Of a stretch of 29,736 nt of DNA, positions 17,617-25,578 are shown piece by piece (the stretch's first letter is position 1; each line of letters opens with the position of its first letter). The notes beneath the pieces are model-generated. The model was not told the origin of the DNA. It made no database searches and was given only the letters and a program-made list of their open reading frames with translations. The stretch comes from a virus (lineage: Duplodnaviria > Caudoviricetes): IMG/VR virus record IMGVR_UViG_3300037458_001655, positions 1 through 29,736 of that record, one strand, 5' to 3'. Both the position numbers and the translations under genes were made by a program.

Positions 17617-17963
17617 TTCGGAGGGATCACGTCAGATTCCTCACTGTCAGCTTGCTGCACCCGAATCACACCGGAGGAGTTCAGGGCTCGCGAAACAGGC
17701 TCCATGAGACCTTCGAGAGATCCGCCCTTCTCAATGAAGGTTTCGATAAGGTCCCCAACCCGTTCGGGAGTAAGCCTTTTATCCTCCCAACGAAGACCAG
17801 CCCAAAGAAGGCCGCGAATGGTGAGGAAACCAACGCGGCCTTCTTCAAAAATTTGAGCTGGACCGATCCCGAGGTGTTGTTCGAGATCGGCCAGCGCATT
17901 GATGGAAAATCTGAGATTTCGAGGCTTGTCAAGCAAGTCGAAAGGTACTGCTGGAGATGGCAT
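17598..17963 (-). CDS. Tail assembly chaperone (G-like)
   Basis: 121 aa between tail tube and tape measure. LDKPRNLRFSINALADLEQHLG...IRGLLWAGL motif; GAGGAG RBS. Confidence 0.85.
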   Translation of the reverse strand: MPSPAVPFDLLDKPRNLRFSINALADLEQHLGIGPAQIFEEGRVGFLTIRGLLWAGLRWEDKRLTPERVGDLIETFIEKGGSLEGLMEPVSRALNSSGVIRVQQADSEESDVIPPKGETQT

Positions 17964-17992
17964 CTGTGTGCTCCTCTAAGTTTTGTTAGATG

Positions 17993-18460
17993 TTAGTAAG
18001 ACGGATTGTCACCCGAAGCCAGCGTGCCCTTGGTCAGAGCGCCTACGCCAAGAATCTCGATGCTGATGATTGCGGCGTCGTCGTTAGGACCACCAAGCTC
18101 CCACGAAGTGATGATTCCCAAGCCTTCAAACTTTTCATGCGTGCTCGTTGTTCCAAGCTTGCCTTCAGGAACAAAACGCATATACAAAGTATTGGGAGAA
18201 GTGGTTGGGAGAATCTTGGTATACAGGAGATCTTGAGCCGTATCGCTGTGAATATACAAAGCTTCAGCAGACGCAGACCATTGAGCCAGACCCAAAATGT
18301 TATCCTTCCACCCGTCACTCGTGTGGCTGGAAGCATCGATGGTATCACGTTCAATAGTCAGAGTGACATCTCGAAGCTCTGCAATGTGAGAATAGGGGGC
18401 AACCCCATCCGAATCCACATACAGCATCGCTCGATACCCAGGAATTGCACTCGTAGCCAT
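17993..18460 (-). CDS. Major tail tube protein (TP901-1 / Phage_tail_2 family)
   Basis: LTIERDTIDASSHTSDGWKDNILGLAQWSASAE...FEGLGIITSWELGGPNDDAA...GVGAL; GGAGG RBS. Confidence 0.9.
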   Translation of the reverse strand: MATSAIPGYRAMLYVDSDGVAPYSHIAELRDVTLTIERDTIDASSHTSDGWKDNILGLAQWSASAEALYIHSDTAQDLLYTKILPTTSPNTLYMRFVPEGKLGTTSTHEKFEGLGIITSWELGGPNDDAAIISIEILGVGALTKGTLASGDNPSY

Positions 18461-18484
18461 TATTACAATCCTCCCGATTAAAAA

Positions 18485-18862
18485 TTACAGACGAGGGGCC
18501 AGAACCCAAAACTTCAAATCGGTAGTTCCACCAGCCCCAATGTCGATGTTGACTGTTCCGTCACTCTGATTGAAAGCCGCTGCGGCAAACGGCCCTGCAA
18601 TGTACCTCCCACTGATAGGTACGGTGATTATCAGATCGCCTGTGCGTCCGTAAGAATCGGCTACGGATTTAACGGTAAAAGCTCGTGTGGCGCCAGCGTT
18701 GGTATTGAAAGCCAGCAGCATAATCTTGCCACTGGTGTTAACAAAATAGTTTCCGTTGGTCTCATCAGAAGATGTTTGACCAGTCTCGCCCAACGTAATA
18801 TTTAGAGCCCCACCAACGCCAGCGAGAGGAACGTTAGTAATAGGAATATTTGTACGCGGCAT
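18485..18862 (-). CDS. Probable phage structural protein of unknown function
   Basis: 125 aa, beta-rich (GNYFVNTSGKIMLLAFN...VPISGRYIAGPF...FNQSDGTVNID). The pattern is recalled from proteins encoded just before tail tube genes. CAGGAG RBS. Confidence 0.7.
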   Translation of the reverse strand: MPRTNIPITNVPLAGVGGALNITLGETGQTSSDETNGNYFVNTSGKIMLLAFNTNAGATRAFTVKSVADSYGRTGDLIITVPISGRYIAGPFAAAAFNQSDGTVNIDIGAGGTTDLKFWVLAPRL

Positions 18863-18865
18863 GGA

Positions 18866-19108
18866 TCACTCCTGAGATTTGTCGAATGAAAATTCAGATT
18901 GAACGCTAGGGCTCTCTTCAGGAGGCTCAGGATTGGGCTCTTCAGGAACAAAACCTTCAGGAATCAAGTTACCTGCTGCTACGTATTCTTCAGCTTCCTT
19001 TACATCAAAGAGGTAGAAGCAACCTTTGGAAAAAGTTTGTGAGGCGCCTCCAAACAAAATTCGAGTAAAGGCCTCTTTGCATTCGTAGCGTTTGATTTCT
19101 TCAGCCAT
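18866..19108 (-). CDS. Hypothetical protein with acidic Pro-rich tail
   Basis: 80 aa, GGAGG RBS, fills the operon gap. Confidence 0.7.
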   Translation of the reverse strand: MAEEIKRYECKEAFTRILFGGASQTFSKGCFYLFDVKEAEEYVAAGNLIPEGFVPEEPNPEPPEESPSVQSEFSFDKSQE

Positions 19109-19157
19109 TTATGGTCCTCCCATAGTATCCGAGTTGAAGGGTAAACAGAAGAGCGAA

Positions 19158-19571
19158 TTACAAAGGGTCATCGGCAGCTAAGACACGGAAACGCATAGAT
19201 ATGTGCCGAAGATCTCCAGAGCTGCCTTGAAGTTGTTCTGAGAACTCCAGTCGAATTTCGAACTTGTAGTTATCCTGAGTTAAAACTTGTTTATCCAACA
19301 AGGTGCAAACTCGGGCACTGATTTGATCGAGAAGATCCCAAGATTCTGCGGCATCCCATGCGCTGATATACACCGTAACATACTCGATAGTTCCTGTGGA
19401 CTCCCGAGTCAGCATCGGAGATGTGGACATCCTCTCAATTTCAAGCAGAGGATAGGGTGTATTCTGAGCACCCTGATTCAAAACGCGACTTTGCACCAAG
19501 GACATCAAATTGGAGTCTGACGTCAACTTGGAAAATATTGCCACTTGTAGTGGTTTGTAGGCTTTTCCCAT
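19158..19571 (-). CDS. Tail completion/terminator protein (DUF3168, SPP1 gp17-like)
   Basis: LQVAIFSKLTSDSNLMSLVQSRV...TPYPLL...LRHISMRFRV. Likely start ATG 19571 (track start 19604). Confidence 0.8.
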   Translation of the reverse strand: MGKAYKPLQVAIFSKLTSDSNLMSLVQSRVLNQGAQNTPYPLLEIERMSTSPMLTRESTGTIEYVTVYISAWDAAESWDLLDQISARVCTLLDKQVLTQDNYKFEIRLEFSEQLQGSSGDLRHISMRFRVLAADDPL

Positions 19572-19581
19572 TTCAGTCACT

Positions 19582-20100
19582 TCAGAAAGTTCTGGGACCA
19601 CCAACTCTGCGATAGTTTTTGTAAAGAGTAGTTCGTGCTAAATTGTTTAGATGCTCAGAACTTGTATACATTTCGGCTGCTGGACGAAAAAAGGGTTTAG
19701 CTACAGTTCCAAATTTGAAAATATGCTCAGCCAAATCTTCCGGCGTCCAATTATGGTCATCGGCCCAGTTGGAAATTGCGCCAATAGGAGGCCAGTGTGG
19801 TCGACCTCCAAACTCTACAGGCAAGGCGTAGGGCGCAGTTACAGCTACTATCTTTCCGCCGTAGGCAACCTCTTTACCAGAAGCTGGAATGTCGGTTACG
19901 ACGATGCTGTCCCGAAGTTGTCCAGTCCATACCGGACAGCGATTACGCGCTTCTTCAGCGATAGCTTCAGCCGTCTCTGCAACAAACGTTTTATGTGTGG
20001 CAAGCACAATTAGATCAATAACTCTTCGAAGTCTACGTAAAAAGTTATCTAGGCTTCTAACATTTTGATACGTATTCAATATGAAGAGAGATCGAGCCAT
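19582..20100 (-). CDS. HK97 gp10-like neck/tail completion protein
   Basis: ARNRCPVWTGQLRDSI, APYALPVEFG, GTVAKPFFRPA. Likely start ATG 20100 (TAATG overlap). Confidence 0.85.
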   Translation of the reverse strand: MARSLFILNTYQNVRSLDNFLRRLRRVIDLIVLATHKTFVAETAEAIAEEARNRCPVWTGQLRDSIVVTDIPASGKEVAYGGKIVAVTAPYALPVEFGGRPHWPPIGAISNWADDHNWTPEDLAEHIFKFGTVAKPFFRPAAEMYTSSEHLNNLARTTLYKNYRRVGGPRTF

Positions 20101-20432
20101 TATCGAGTATCCTCGGAGCAAACCGCTTTAGCAATCTTGTTTGGAAGCTTGATTAAACTTTTAATGCACCAAACACGATCATCGGGAGTTCTGAGCTTGT
20201 AGGAAGCCTCGATAGACCTTGGGTGTTCTTCAACAAAAATATGCGACAGCTCGCCACTTTCGACAGCTCCAGCCATAAAAACTTCAGTAGGAGCTGTTAT
20301 TGGAATACGATAGCCTCTTTGTGTTTCAGAGGCCTCCGCGTAAGACATAGTGAAGCCACCCATGCCATCCGATCGGGAGGATGGAATCAAAATGCCGATT
20401 TGTTGGCGTAAAAGAGTTCGTGCGCCACTCAT
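20100..20432 (-). CDS. Head closure protein (SPP1 gp16-like)
   Basis: LRQQIGI...SDGMGGF motif and position. Likely start ATG 20432 (ATGA overlap). Confidence 0.7.
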   Translation of the reverse strand: MSGARTLLRQQIGILIPSSRSDGMGGFTMSYAEASETQRGYRIPITAPTEVFMAGAVESGELSHIFVEEHPRSIEASYKLRTPDDRVWCIKSLIKLPNKIAKAVCSEDTR

Positions 20433-21058
20433 ATAACGCTCGCGTAGGAAGACCGAATCAGATGCGAAACTTTGGTCAGAACCCAAGCTGGAACCGACTT
20501 TTCGATGTACTCTTCTCTGAAAGCGTTGGAGAGAACAACAGCTTCTAGGTGAACCGATAGACCTCGCCTATGCCAATAGGCAGCCAAGTCTTTTACAGCG
20601 TCTAGGAAAGCAGGATCCGCAGTACCAATAACTGTTTGCGTAACTGCATACGTGATCGTAACGATTGAATACTCGGATTCTCGCCAAGAAAACCAAGGAG
20701 CCGGAGGGCTTTGTGGGGGAAAGAGAGTCCCCGCATCTGGAGTTAGGATGATAACGCCTTCGTTTGAGCTAATCAGATCAACGTTAAGAGTAGTCTCAGT
20801 TGTTCCCCCGAAAAGTCGGCCAACTGAAGACGTAATCGAAGAAACCGGACGATAGGTGAGTGTAAGCTCGTCGCCAAGCTGCACTCGCGTAAACGTATCC
20901 ACCTTAGAGCTAACACCAGCTAGATCATACCGACAACGCCGAGCCAAATATGATTCGGCAGCATCCAATGCCGACTGAATCGAAACGTCTTCCGACGTAT
21001 CCGAAGATGGCAAATCCAGTCTAGCCTTTGCGTCGTTGAGCGTCACAAGAAAAGACAT
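20429..21058 (-). CDS. Head-tail connector/adaptor (HK97 gp6 / SPP1 gp15-like, long form)
   Basis: LVTLNDAKARL...IQSALDAAESYLARRC...PVSSITS...VTITY...AVKDLAAYWH. Confidence 0.8.
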   Translation of the reverse strand: MSFLVTLNDAKARLDLPSSDTSEDVSIQSALDAAESYLARRCRYDLAGVSSKVDTFTRVQLGDELTLTYRPVSSITSSVGRLFGGTTETTLNVDLISSNEGVIILTPDAGTLFPPQSPPAPWFSWRESEYSIVTITYAVTQTVIGTADPAFLDAVKDLAAYWHRRGLSVHLEAVVLSNAFREEYIEKSVPAWVLTKVSHLIRSSYASVI

Positions 21059-21080
21059 TTAACTTTTGCCCTCTTACGGA

Positions 21081-21114
21081 AGAAGGGTGGCGGGAACGAC
21101 CCAGCCACCCTTCT
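21081..21114 (-). terminator. Intergenic stem-loop after the capsid/decoration genes (weak intrinsic terminator or mRNA stabiliser)
   Basis: AGAAGGGTGGC...GCCACCCTTCT perfect 11-bp stem plus an inner GGG/CCC pairing. Ends in TTCTTCC rather than a clean U-tract. Confidence 0.6.
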
Positions 21115-21137
21115 AACCCAGTCGATACGATTTCCTA

Positions 21138-21797
21138 TTAGCCAACAGCCAAAACAGAAACCGTAGTTGTGGTAGCCCAATCGACCGAACCACTGTTATC
21201 CAGAGTGACCAGACCGGAAGCCCCAATCGTAGCTACACCATCCCAAGCAATGGCTGCACCCGTAGACGTTGTGTAAACATGCACGGATACAAATACGGGA
21301 GTGAATGCGAACACGAAGTGGAGATTTCCGAGGGCAACCTCAGTGGCGTCAGGAACCCGGGAGCTTTTCGCCAACTGAAGCCCACCGGCTACAGCACCCC
21401 CATAGGTTTTTGTGTAAGCCAACTCGTTGTTGGTTCCAGCCAAGGTTTCGGCACAAGTGATTTCTACAGGGCCCGGACCATCAACCTTGAGCAAAATTTC
21501 ATTTGCACCAATGTCGATGGCCGTAACGGGCTCAGTTCCACTTGCATTGATTGCCGCAATGAGAGCATTCGTTGCGTTTGCGGGAGTATCATCGGCGTGG
21601 CCGGTTACAGCAATTCGGCCAGCCGTAACTCCATTCTCTGCCCGATCGAACTCATAAACATTAGAGCCAATCGTAACAGTTTGTGCATCAGCAACGTTTG
21701 CGGCAACCCGAAGGACGTTGACGGCATGAACCCCCTTTTCAATGGGGGACTTGCCTCCAGAACCAATCAGCACCGCACGCTTAGTATCTCGTGCCAT
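21138..21797 (-). CDS. Probable capsid decoration / head fibre protein
   Basis: 219 aa, Ala/Gly/Thr/Val-rich, directly after the capsid gene, with a strong GAGGAG RBS and before the stem-loop. Contains a DAQTVTIGSNVYEFD...ALIAAIN module. Confidence 0.6.
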   Translation of the reverse strand: MARDTKRAVLIGSGGKSPIEKGVHAVNVLRVAANVADAQTVTIGSNVYEFDRAENGVTAGRIAVTGHADDTPANATNALIAAINASGTEPVTAIDIGANEILLKVDGPGPVEITCAETLAGTNNELAYTKTYGGAVAGGLQLAKSSRVPDATEVALGNLHFVFAFTPVFVSVHVYTTSTGAAIAWDGVATIGASGLVTLDNSGSVDWATTTTVSVLAVG

Positions 21798-21823
21798 ATC
21801 GTTCTCCTCTCAAAGACTCACGG

Positions 21824-22840
21824 TTACACCGTGATGTCTACGTTAGAGGCCAGAACTGCTTCACCTTCCGGATTGGCATACTTGACGTCGAATCGAAGGG
21901 TGGGCAGGAAACTGGTGACGCCCTCTCGCGGATCACGGTAGCGCTCTACTCGGACGCGCCGATGGTAGCCAAAAACGATGTTGGAGGGATTGCAGAGCAA
22001 GCAGAACTGCGAGTAATCGATCGGCGATCCGTTGACAGTGCTGGTGCCACTCATCAGAGGAACCGAAACAATGGGAACGCCACGGAACGCGAGCCGTGCC
22101 TGCAAGTTAGCAACAAGAGCCTGATCACCGAGACCAGTACCACGCTGAGCCAGAGACTTCTGGTATCCGTCAGCAACTGCAACCGGAACATAGAGTCGAA
22201 GCTGATCGTAGTTTCGACGAAACTTAGACGGGAGAGCCTCGATCATCGTAGCGAAGAGATCATCGTAAGCCGTAATGGTTGTTGCGTCGACCTTCTGAGC
22301 CGCAGCAAAACTATCCTGTGCTTGAGCGATGATACCATTGAGCGAATCCAAGTACACCATTTCGGCAGTATTGGCATCGCCAACGCCGGGCGTCCTGCTC
22401 GTGTCTCCCTTGATGGCAAGCTCTTCGATGTCGCGCCCAACTGCTTGTGCCAACATCCGAGCAAGACGATCCGCCAGACCACCACGCTCGATGTTGTCCT
22501 CAAACAGCTCGTCCGATACCTGCATTTCGCCCTTGAACAATACGGTCGAAAGCGTCATCAAGCCGGTAGCAGGCTTAACCCGATCTCCTTCAACAACTCG
22601 CGTTGCTTCCACACCAACCCGAAGAACACGGTCATTCAGGCTGAGGCGAGGAACCTCAAACTTCGGAGAATTCGAAGTTTCGATCCTAGACTCACGAGCG
22701 ATTACCTGTTCGTCGATTGCGATCTGCAAAAACTGACGAGCCTGTTCATTAGATAGAATACCACCAGCAGTTCCCGTTTGGGCGGGATCGATGTCTGCGG
22801 TAGTGAACGCTGCCTTTTCCAGCCACTGAACCAGTCGCAT
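21824..22840 (-). CDS. Major capsid protein (HK97 fold, PBSX XkdG-like)
   Basis: GGILSNEQARQF, VSDELFEDNIE, GRDIEELAIKGDT, CNPSNIVFG motifs; AGGAGG RBS at 22846-22851. Confidence 0.93.
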   Translation of the reverse strand: MRLVQWLEKAAFTTADIDPAQTGTAGGILSNEQARQFLQIAIDEQVIARESRIETSNSPKFEVPRLSLNDRVLRVGVEATRVVEGDRVKPATGLMTLSTVLFKGEMQVSDELFEDNIERGGLADRLARMLAQAVGRDIEELAIKGDTSRTPGVGDANTAEMVYLDSLNGIIAQAQDSFAAAQKVDATTITAYDDLFATMIEALPSKFRRNYDQLRLYVPVAVADGYQKSLAQRGTGLGDQALVANLQARLAFRGVPIVSVPLMSGTSTVNGSPIDYSQFCLLCNPSNIVFGYHRRVRVERYRDPREGVTSFLPTLRFDVKYANPEGEAVLASNVDITV

Positions 22841-22865
22841 TTTTTCCTCCTAAAGTTTAGCTTGA

Positions 22866-23459
22866 TTAAGAAAGAAGGCTTTCAAAAAGCCCGTTTCCCA
22901 TATCTCGGGACTTTGAAGTGCTCTTCAGCACCGGTTCAACCGGCTGTCGCGACTGAGGAACTTCCTTCTTGCCGTCCTCTTCAACCGACTTTTCGTTCTT
23001 AAAAACTTCCATCAGGCCTGCAACCACAGCCTTCGCAATGCCCTCTTCCGTGAGCGGAGGGGTGGAAGGCTCAGCAGGGGCTGCCGGAGGCGCTTCGGGA
23101 GCCTTGGCTGCCGGAGCAGGGTCTGCCGCAGGCTTGTCTTCCGCAGCAGGAGTATCTTCCTTCTTGACGTACTGAAACTTAACTGCGTCGCTGATCCCAA
23201 GAAGATCTACAACGTCATTCAGGTCCTTGGTAATCTGCTCGTCGTTCAACGTCGAATTGCTCTTGTGGATAGCCCGAACAACCCGGTCAACCAACGAAGC
23301 AAAGTTCTCGATATTCACTCGAAGCTCGTCGTCCCCGGCTGCCTTGAGGAAGAAAAAGGGCTTCCCAGTAGCCGGATTCAACACGCCATCCACCCTCTGA
23401 ACCGAAAGGTTCCGGATGTCCGTGTCGGGCTTCTCTGCCGTGAAGCTGAAAAGAGACAT
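22866..23459 (-). CDS. Capsid scaffolding protein (XkdF-like terminal segments)
   Basis: Precedes the capsid gene; Pro/Ala/Glu linker; C-terminal PQSRQ...GLFESLL; N-terminal IRNLSVQRVDGVLNPATGKPFFFLKA; AGGAGG RBS at 23467-23472. Confidence 0.75.
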   Translation of the reverse strand: MSLFSFTAEKPDTDIRNLSVQRVDGVLNPATGKPFFFLKAAGDDELRVNIENFASLVDRVVRAIHKSNSTLNDEQITKDLNDVVDLLGISDAVKFQYVKKEDTPAAEDKPAADPAPAAKAPEAPPAAPAEPSTPPLTEEGIAKAVVAGLMEVFKNEKSVEEDGKKEVPQSRQPVEPVLKSTSKSRDMGNGLFESLLS

Positions 23460-23470
23460 ACAGTATCCTC

Positions 23471-23836
23471 CTAAAATTTGTGTTTATTCAGTGGCACTAA
23501 ACGGTGCTCGTCGTTTATCGTAATTTCGCTCTTCTTAGTCTGTTCTACATCTTTCGAATGGGAAAAGCAATCGTTTTGAATGTCAAAAATGGAAGTTGGA
23601 ATAATTCCTACGTGTAAGCGAAAATCCGTGTGTCCACAGCGAGAGCACTTCACCTCAAAGTTAAGTTTGCCAACAGGTAGCCACCGAAAAAACAAACGGC
23701 GACACTTTCGGCAACGGATGTCTACAAGTAGGCGCTTTATATCACCTACTTGCTTCAAAGCCGTAAGGATTTGATCCTCAGATAGGTTGGAAAGGTCAAG
23801 CGGCATCTCTCGATTCCCGAAGGATCCGTTCGCCAA
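23471..23836 (-). CDS. Mu Com-like zinc-ribbon protein
   Basis: DIRCRKCRRLFF...FEVKCSRCG matches the Com-family pattern. The start may be the second ATG at 23806. Confidence 0.75.
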   Translation of the reverse strand: MANGSFGNREMPLDLSNLSEDQILTALKQVGDIKRLLVDIRCRKCRRLFFRWLPVGKLNFEVKCSRCGHTDFRLHVGIIPTSIFDIQNDCFSHSKDVEQTKKSEITINDEHRLVPLNKHKF

Positions 23837-25565
23837 AACCTTGCAAGCTGTAGCCCTTTACAATCCCATTCCGAATCAACTTCCACGAGTTCTCATCCCA
23901 CACGACGCCGAGAAGCCAGTCTCCGTGCTTGATGCTCTGAGACCCTCCGGTTACGTCCTTAACAGTCCACTCAGGCCCTCGATAGATGTAGGACTCAACG
24001 ACCGTCCCATTGCCTCCGGAAGCATTCGAGTGAAATAGACCAATTTGTCTGCTGTTTGAATTGTATTCCCAAACAGTCTTCTCAAGTTCGCTCTTTGAAA
24101 TGAAGTCCCGATGCTTGTCCGGAGTTTCGGCGTGGTAAGCCACACCCAGAGTGAACCGGCGATCGTCTTCGGACTTTTCAACAATGTCGTAGTCCGGAAT
24201 CCGATTGCCCTCCACCAATACATCGACTTTGGTTAGCTTCCCTCCAACGTTGGCAATGACGTTTTCAAATTTTTCATCAGCCCAGCTCTTGAGATTGCCC
24301 TGATCCGACTGAACGTTGGAAACAATCGCGAACCAGCCAAATTCGGAATCCTTCATCAGATCAAGGAATGCCGATGTTGCTTCAGACTTGATGGTGAAGG
24401 ATGCGTAGTTGGGAGTTGCGAATCGAAGCTGCCATTCACCATCAAAAAAAGTTTCAAATCGGGAGAAGAAGGATAGGGGGGCATAGTTGCCCTTTGTCTT
24501 CCTAACAAAACTTCTTTCCGACGTCATCCAAAACGAAGGGGCCAAATCCTTTTGAATGCAAGCCGAAATACCACTTGTCAGGAATTTAGCATCGCATTGA
24601 AAAGGCAAGTGATAATGCTTTCCCGTTCCAAATCTAAGAAAACAACTTGGTTCTGACTTCTCGATCAGCTCGTTTGGATTCATGGAGCACTGAGAGTTTG
24701 AGATGTCAGAGAAGATGGCTTGCACTCTAAAAGATTGGGGTTCTGATCCGCACTCAAACTCTTCGAGTGGATTCCAATAGTTTGTGGCAGAATTTGCTTC
24801 TTGAATGCTCTTTGTAAGCCACTCGGTAGCGGCTTCGAGATCAGAGGCTACAGACTTGGGAATGTCCACAGACCAAATCTCCCAAGCCTTTCCCATGTGC
24901 TTCAAGTTCAGAGTCACACCATCTTTCGTTACAAGGCTCGCTTTTTCCATGCAACCGGATTCTGATTCCTCCTCTTCCTCCTCTTCCTCCTCGTCAGACA
25001 TTTTTGCCTTCTTCTTTTTTCGATTCGGAGGGGAATCAGACTTCAGAAACGTGAATCGGTCTTCGTGTGTTTCCCATCGAGGAAGAGAAAGATCGGGGGG
25101 TTGCTCTTCCTCAACGGAAGCGGAGACTTCCGCGAGTAAATCTTGAGGCATCCCACAAAACACACAGTTGGGATCCACGTCCTTGCTTACCGTATTCAAG
25201 TGGCAGACAGAACAAACTACCGTTGTTCCTGCCTTCTTGATGAGGAACTGTTCGGCTTTTTCAAGTTTTTCCTTGGTGGCACCCGATCTTAGGATCGGAG
25301 GAACGGGGCGCTTGGGATTCACAGAACGAAAAGCGCGAAGAATCCTTTGCTTTACGCTAGCCATGCCACCCGAAGGAATCTGAACTCGGTTCCCTCTGAA
25401 GCCTCCCGGACTCAGCGCAGCTAGAGCCATGCCAACTTGCCTTGTCGTCACACCACTTGTTGGCGTGCTCCAAAGCCTGAGCTTCCAAGTAGAAGGTTGG
25501 TTGGGATCAGGAACGTAAGCGTAAGCTCGGGACGGAAATTTCAATCCATTTTCAGTTTTTGTCAT
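23796..25565 (-). CDS. Multidomain prohead protease, XkdF-type serine protease domain at the C-terminus
   Basis: RRFTLGVAYHAETPDKHRDFIS...GLFH...VVESYI...IKHGDWLLGV...WKLIRNGIVKGYSLQG, with a roughly 460 aa N-terminal extension. Confidence 0.85.
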   Translation of the reverse strand: MTKTENGLKFPSRAYAYVPDPNQPSTWKLRLWSTPTSGVTTRQVGMALAALSPGGFRGNRVQIPSGGMASVKQRILRAFRSVNPKRPVPPILRSGATKEKLEKAEQFLIKKAGTTVVCSVCHLNTVSKDVDPNCVFCGMPQDLLAEVSASVEEEQPPDLSLPRWETHEDRFTFLKSDSPPNRKKKKAKMSDEEEEEEEEESESGCMEKASLVTKDGVTLNLKHMGKAWEIWSVDIPKSVASDLEAATEWLTKSIQEANSATNYWNPLEEFECGSEPQSFRVQAIFSDISNSQCSMNPNELIEKSEPSCFLRFGTGKHYHLPFQCDAKFLTSGISACIQKDLAPSFWMTSERSFVRKTKGNYAPLSFFSRFETFFDGEWQLRFATPNYASFTIKSEATSAFLDLMKDSEFGWFAIVSNVQSDQGNLKSWADEKFENVIANVGGKLTKVDVLVEGNRIPDYDIVEKSEDDRRFTLGVAYHAETPDKHRDFISKSELEKTVWEYNSNSRQIGLFHSNASGGNGTVVESYIYRGPEWTVKDVTGGSQSIKHGDWLLGVVWDENSWKLIRNGIVKGYSLQGFGERILRESRDAA

Positions 25566-25578
25566 TCTTCACAGCCTT

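Noticed and set aside
24965-25020. TCC/TTC-rich low-complexity tract as a regulatory repeat
   Set aside because: It simply encodes the Lys and Glu runs of the protease precursor.
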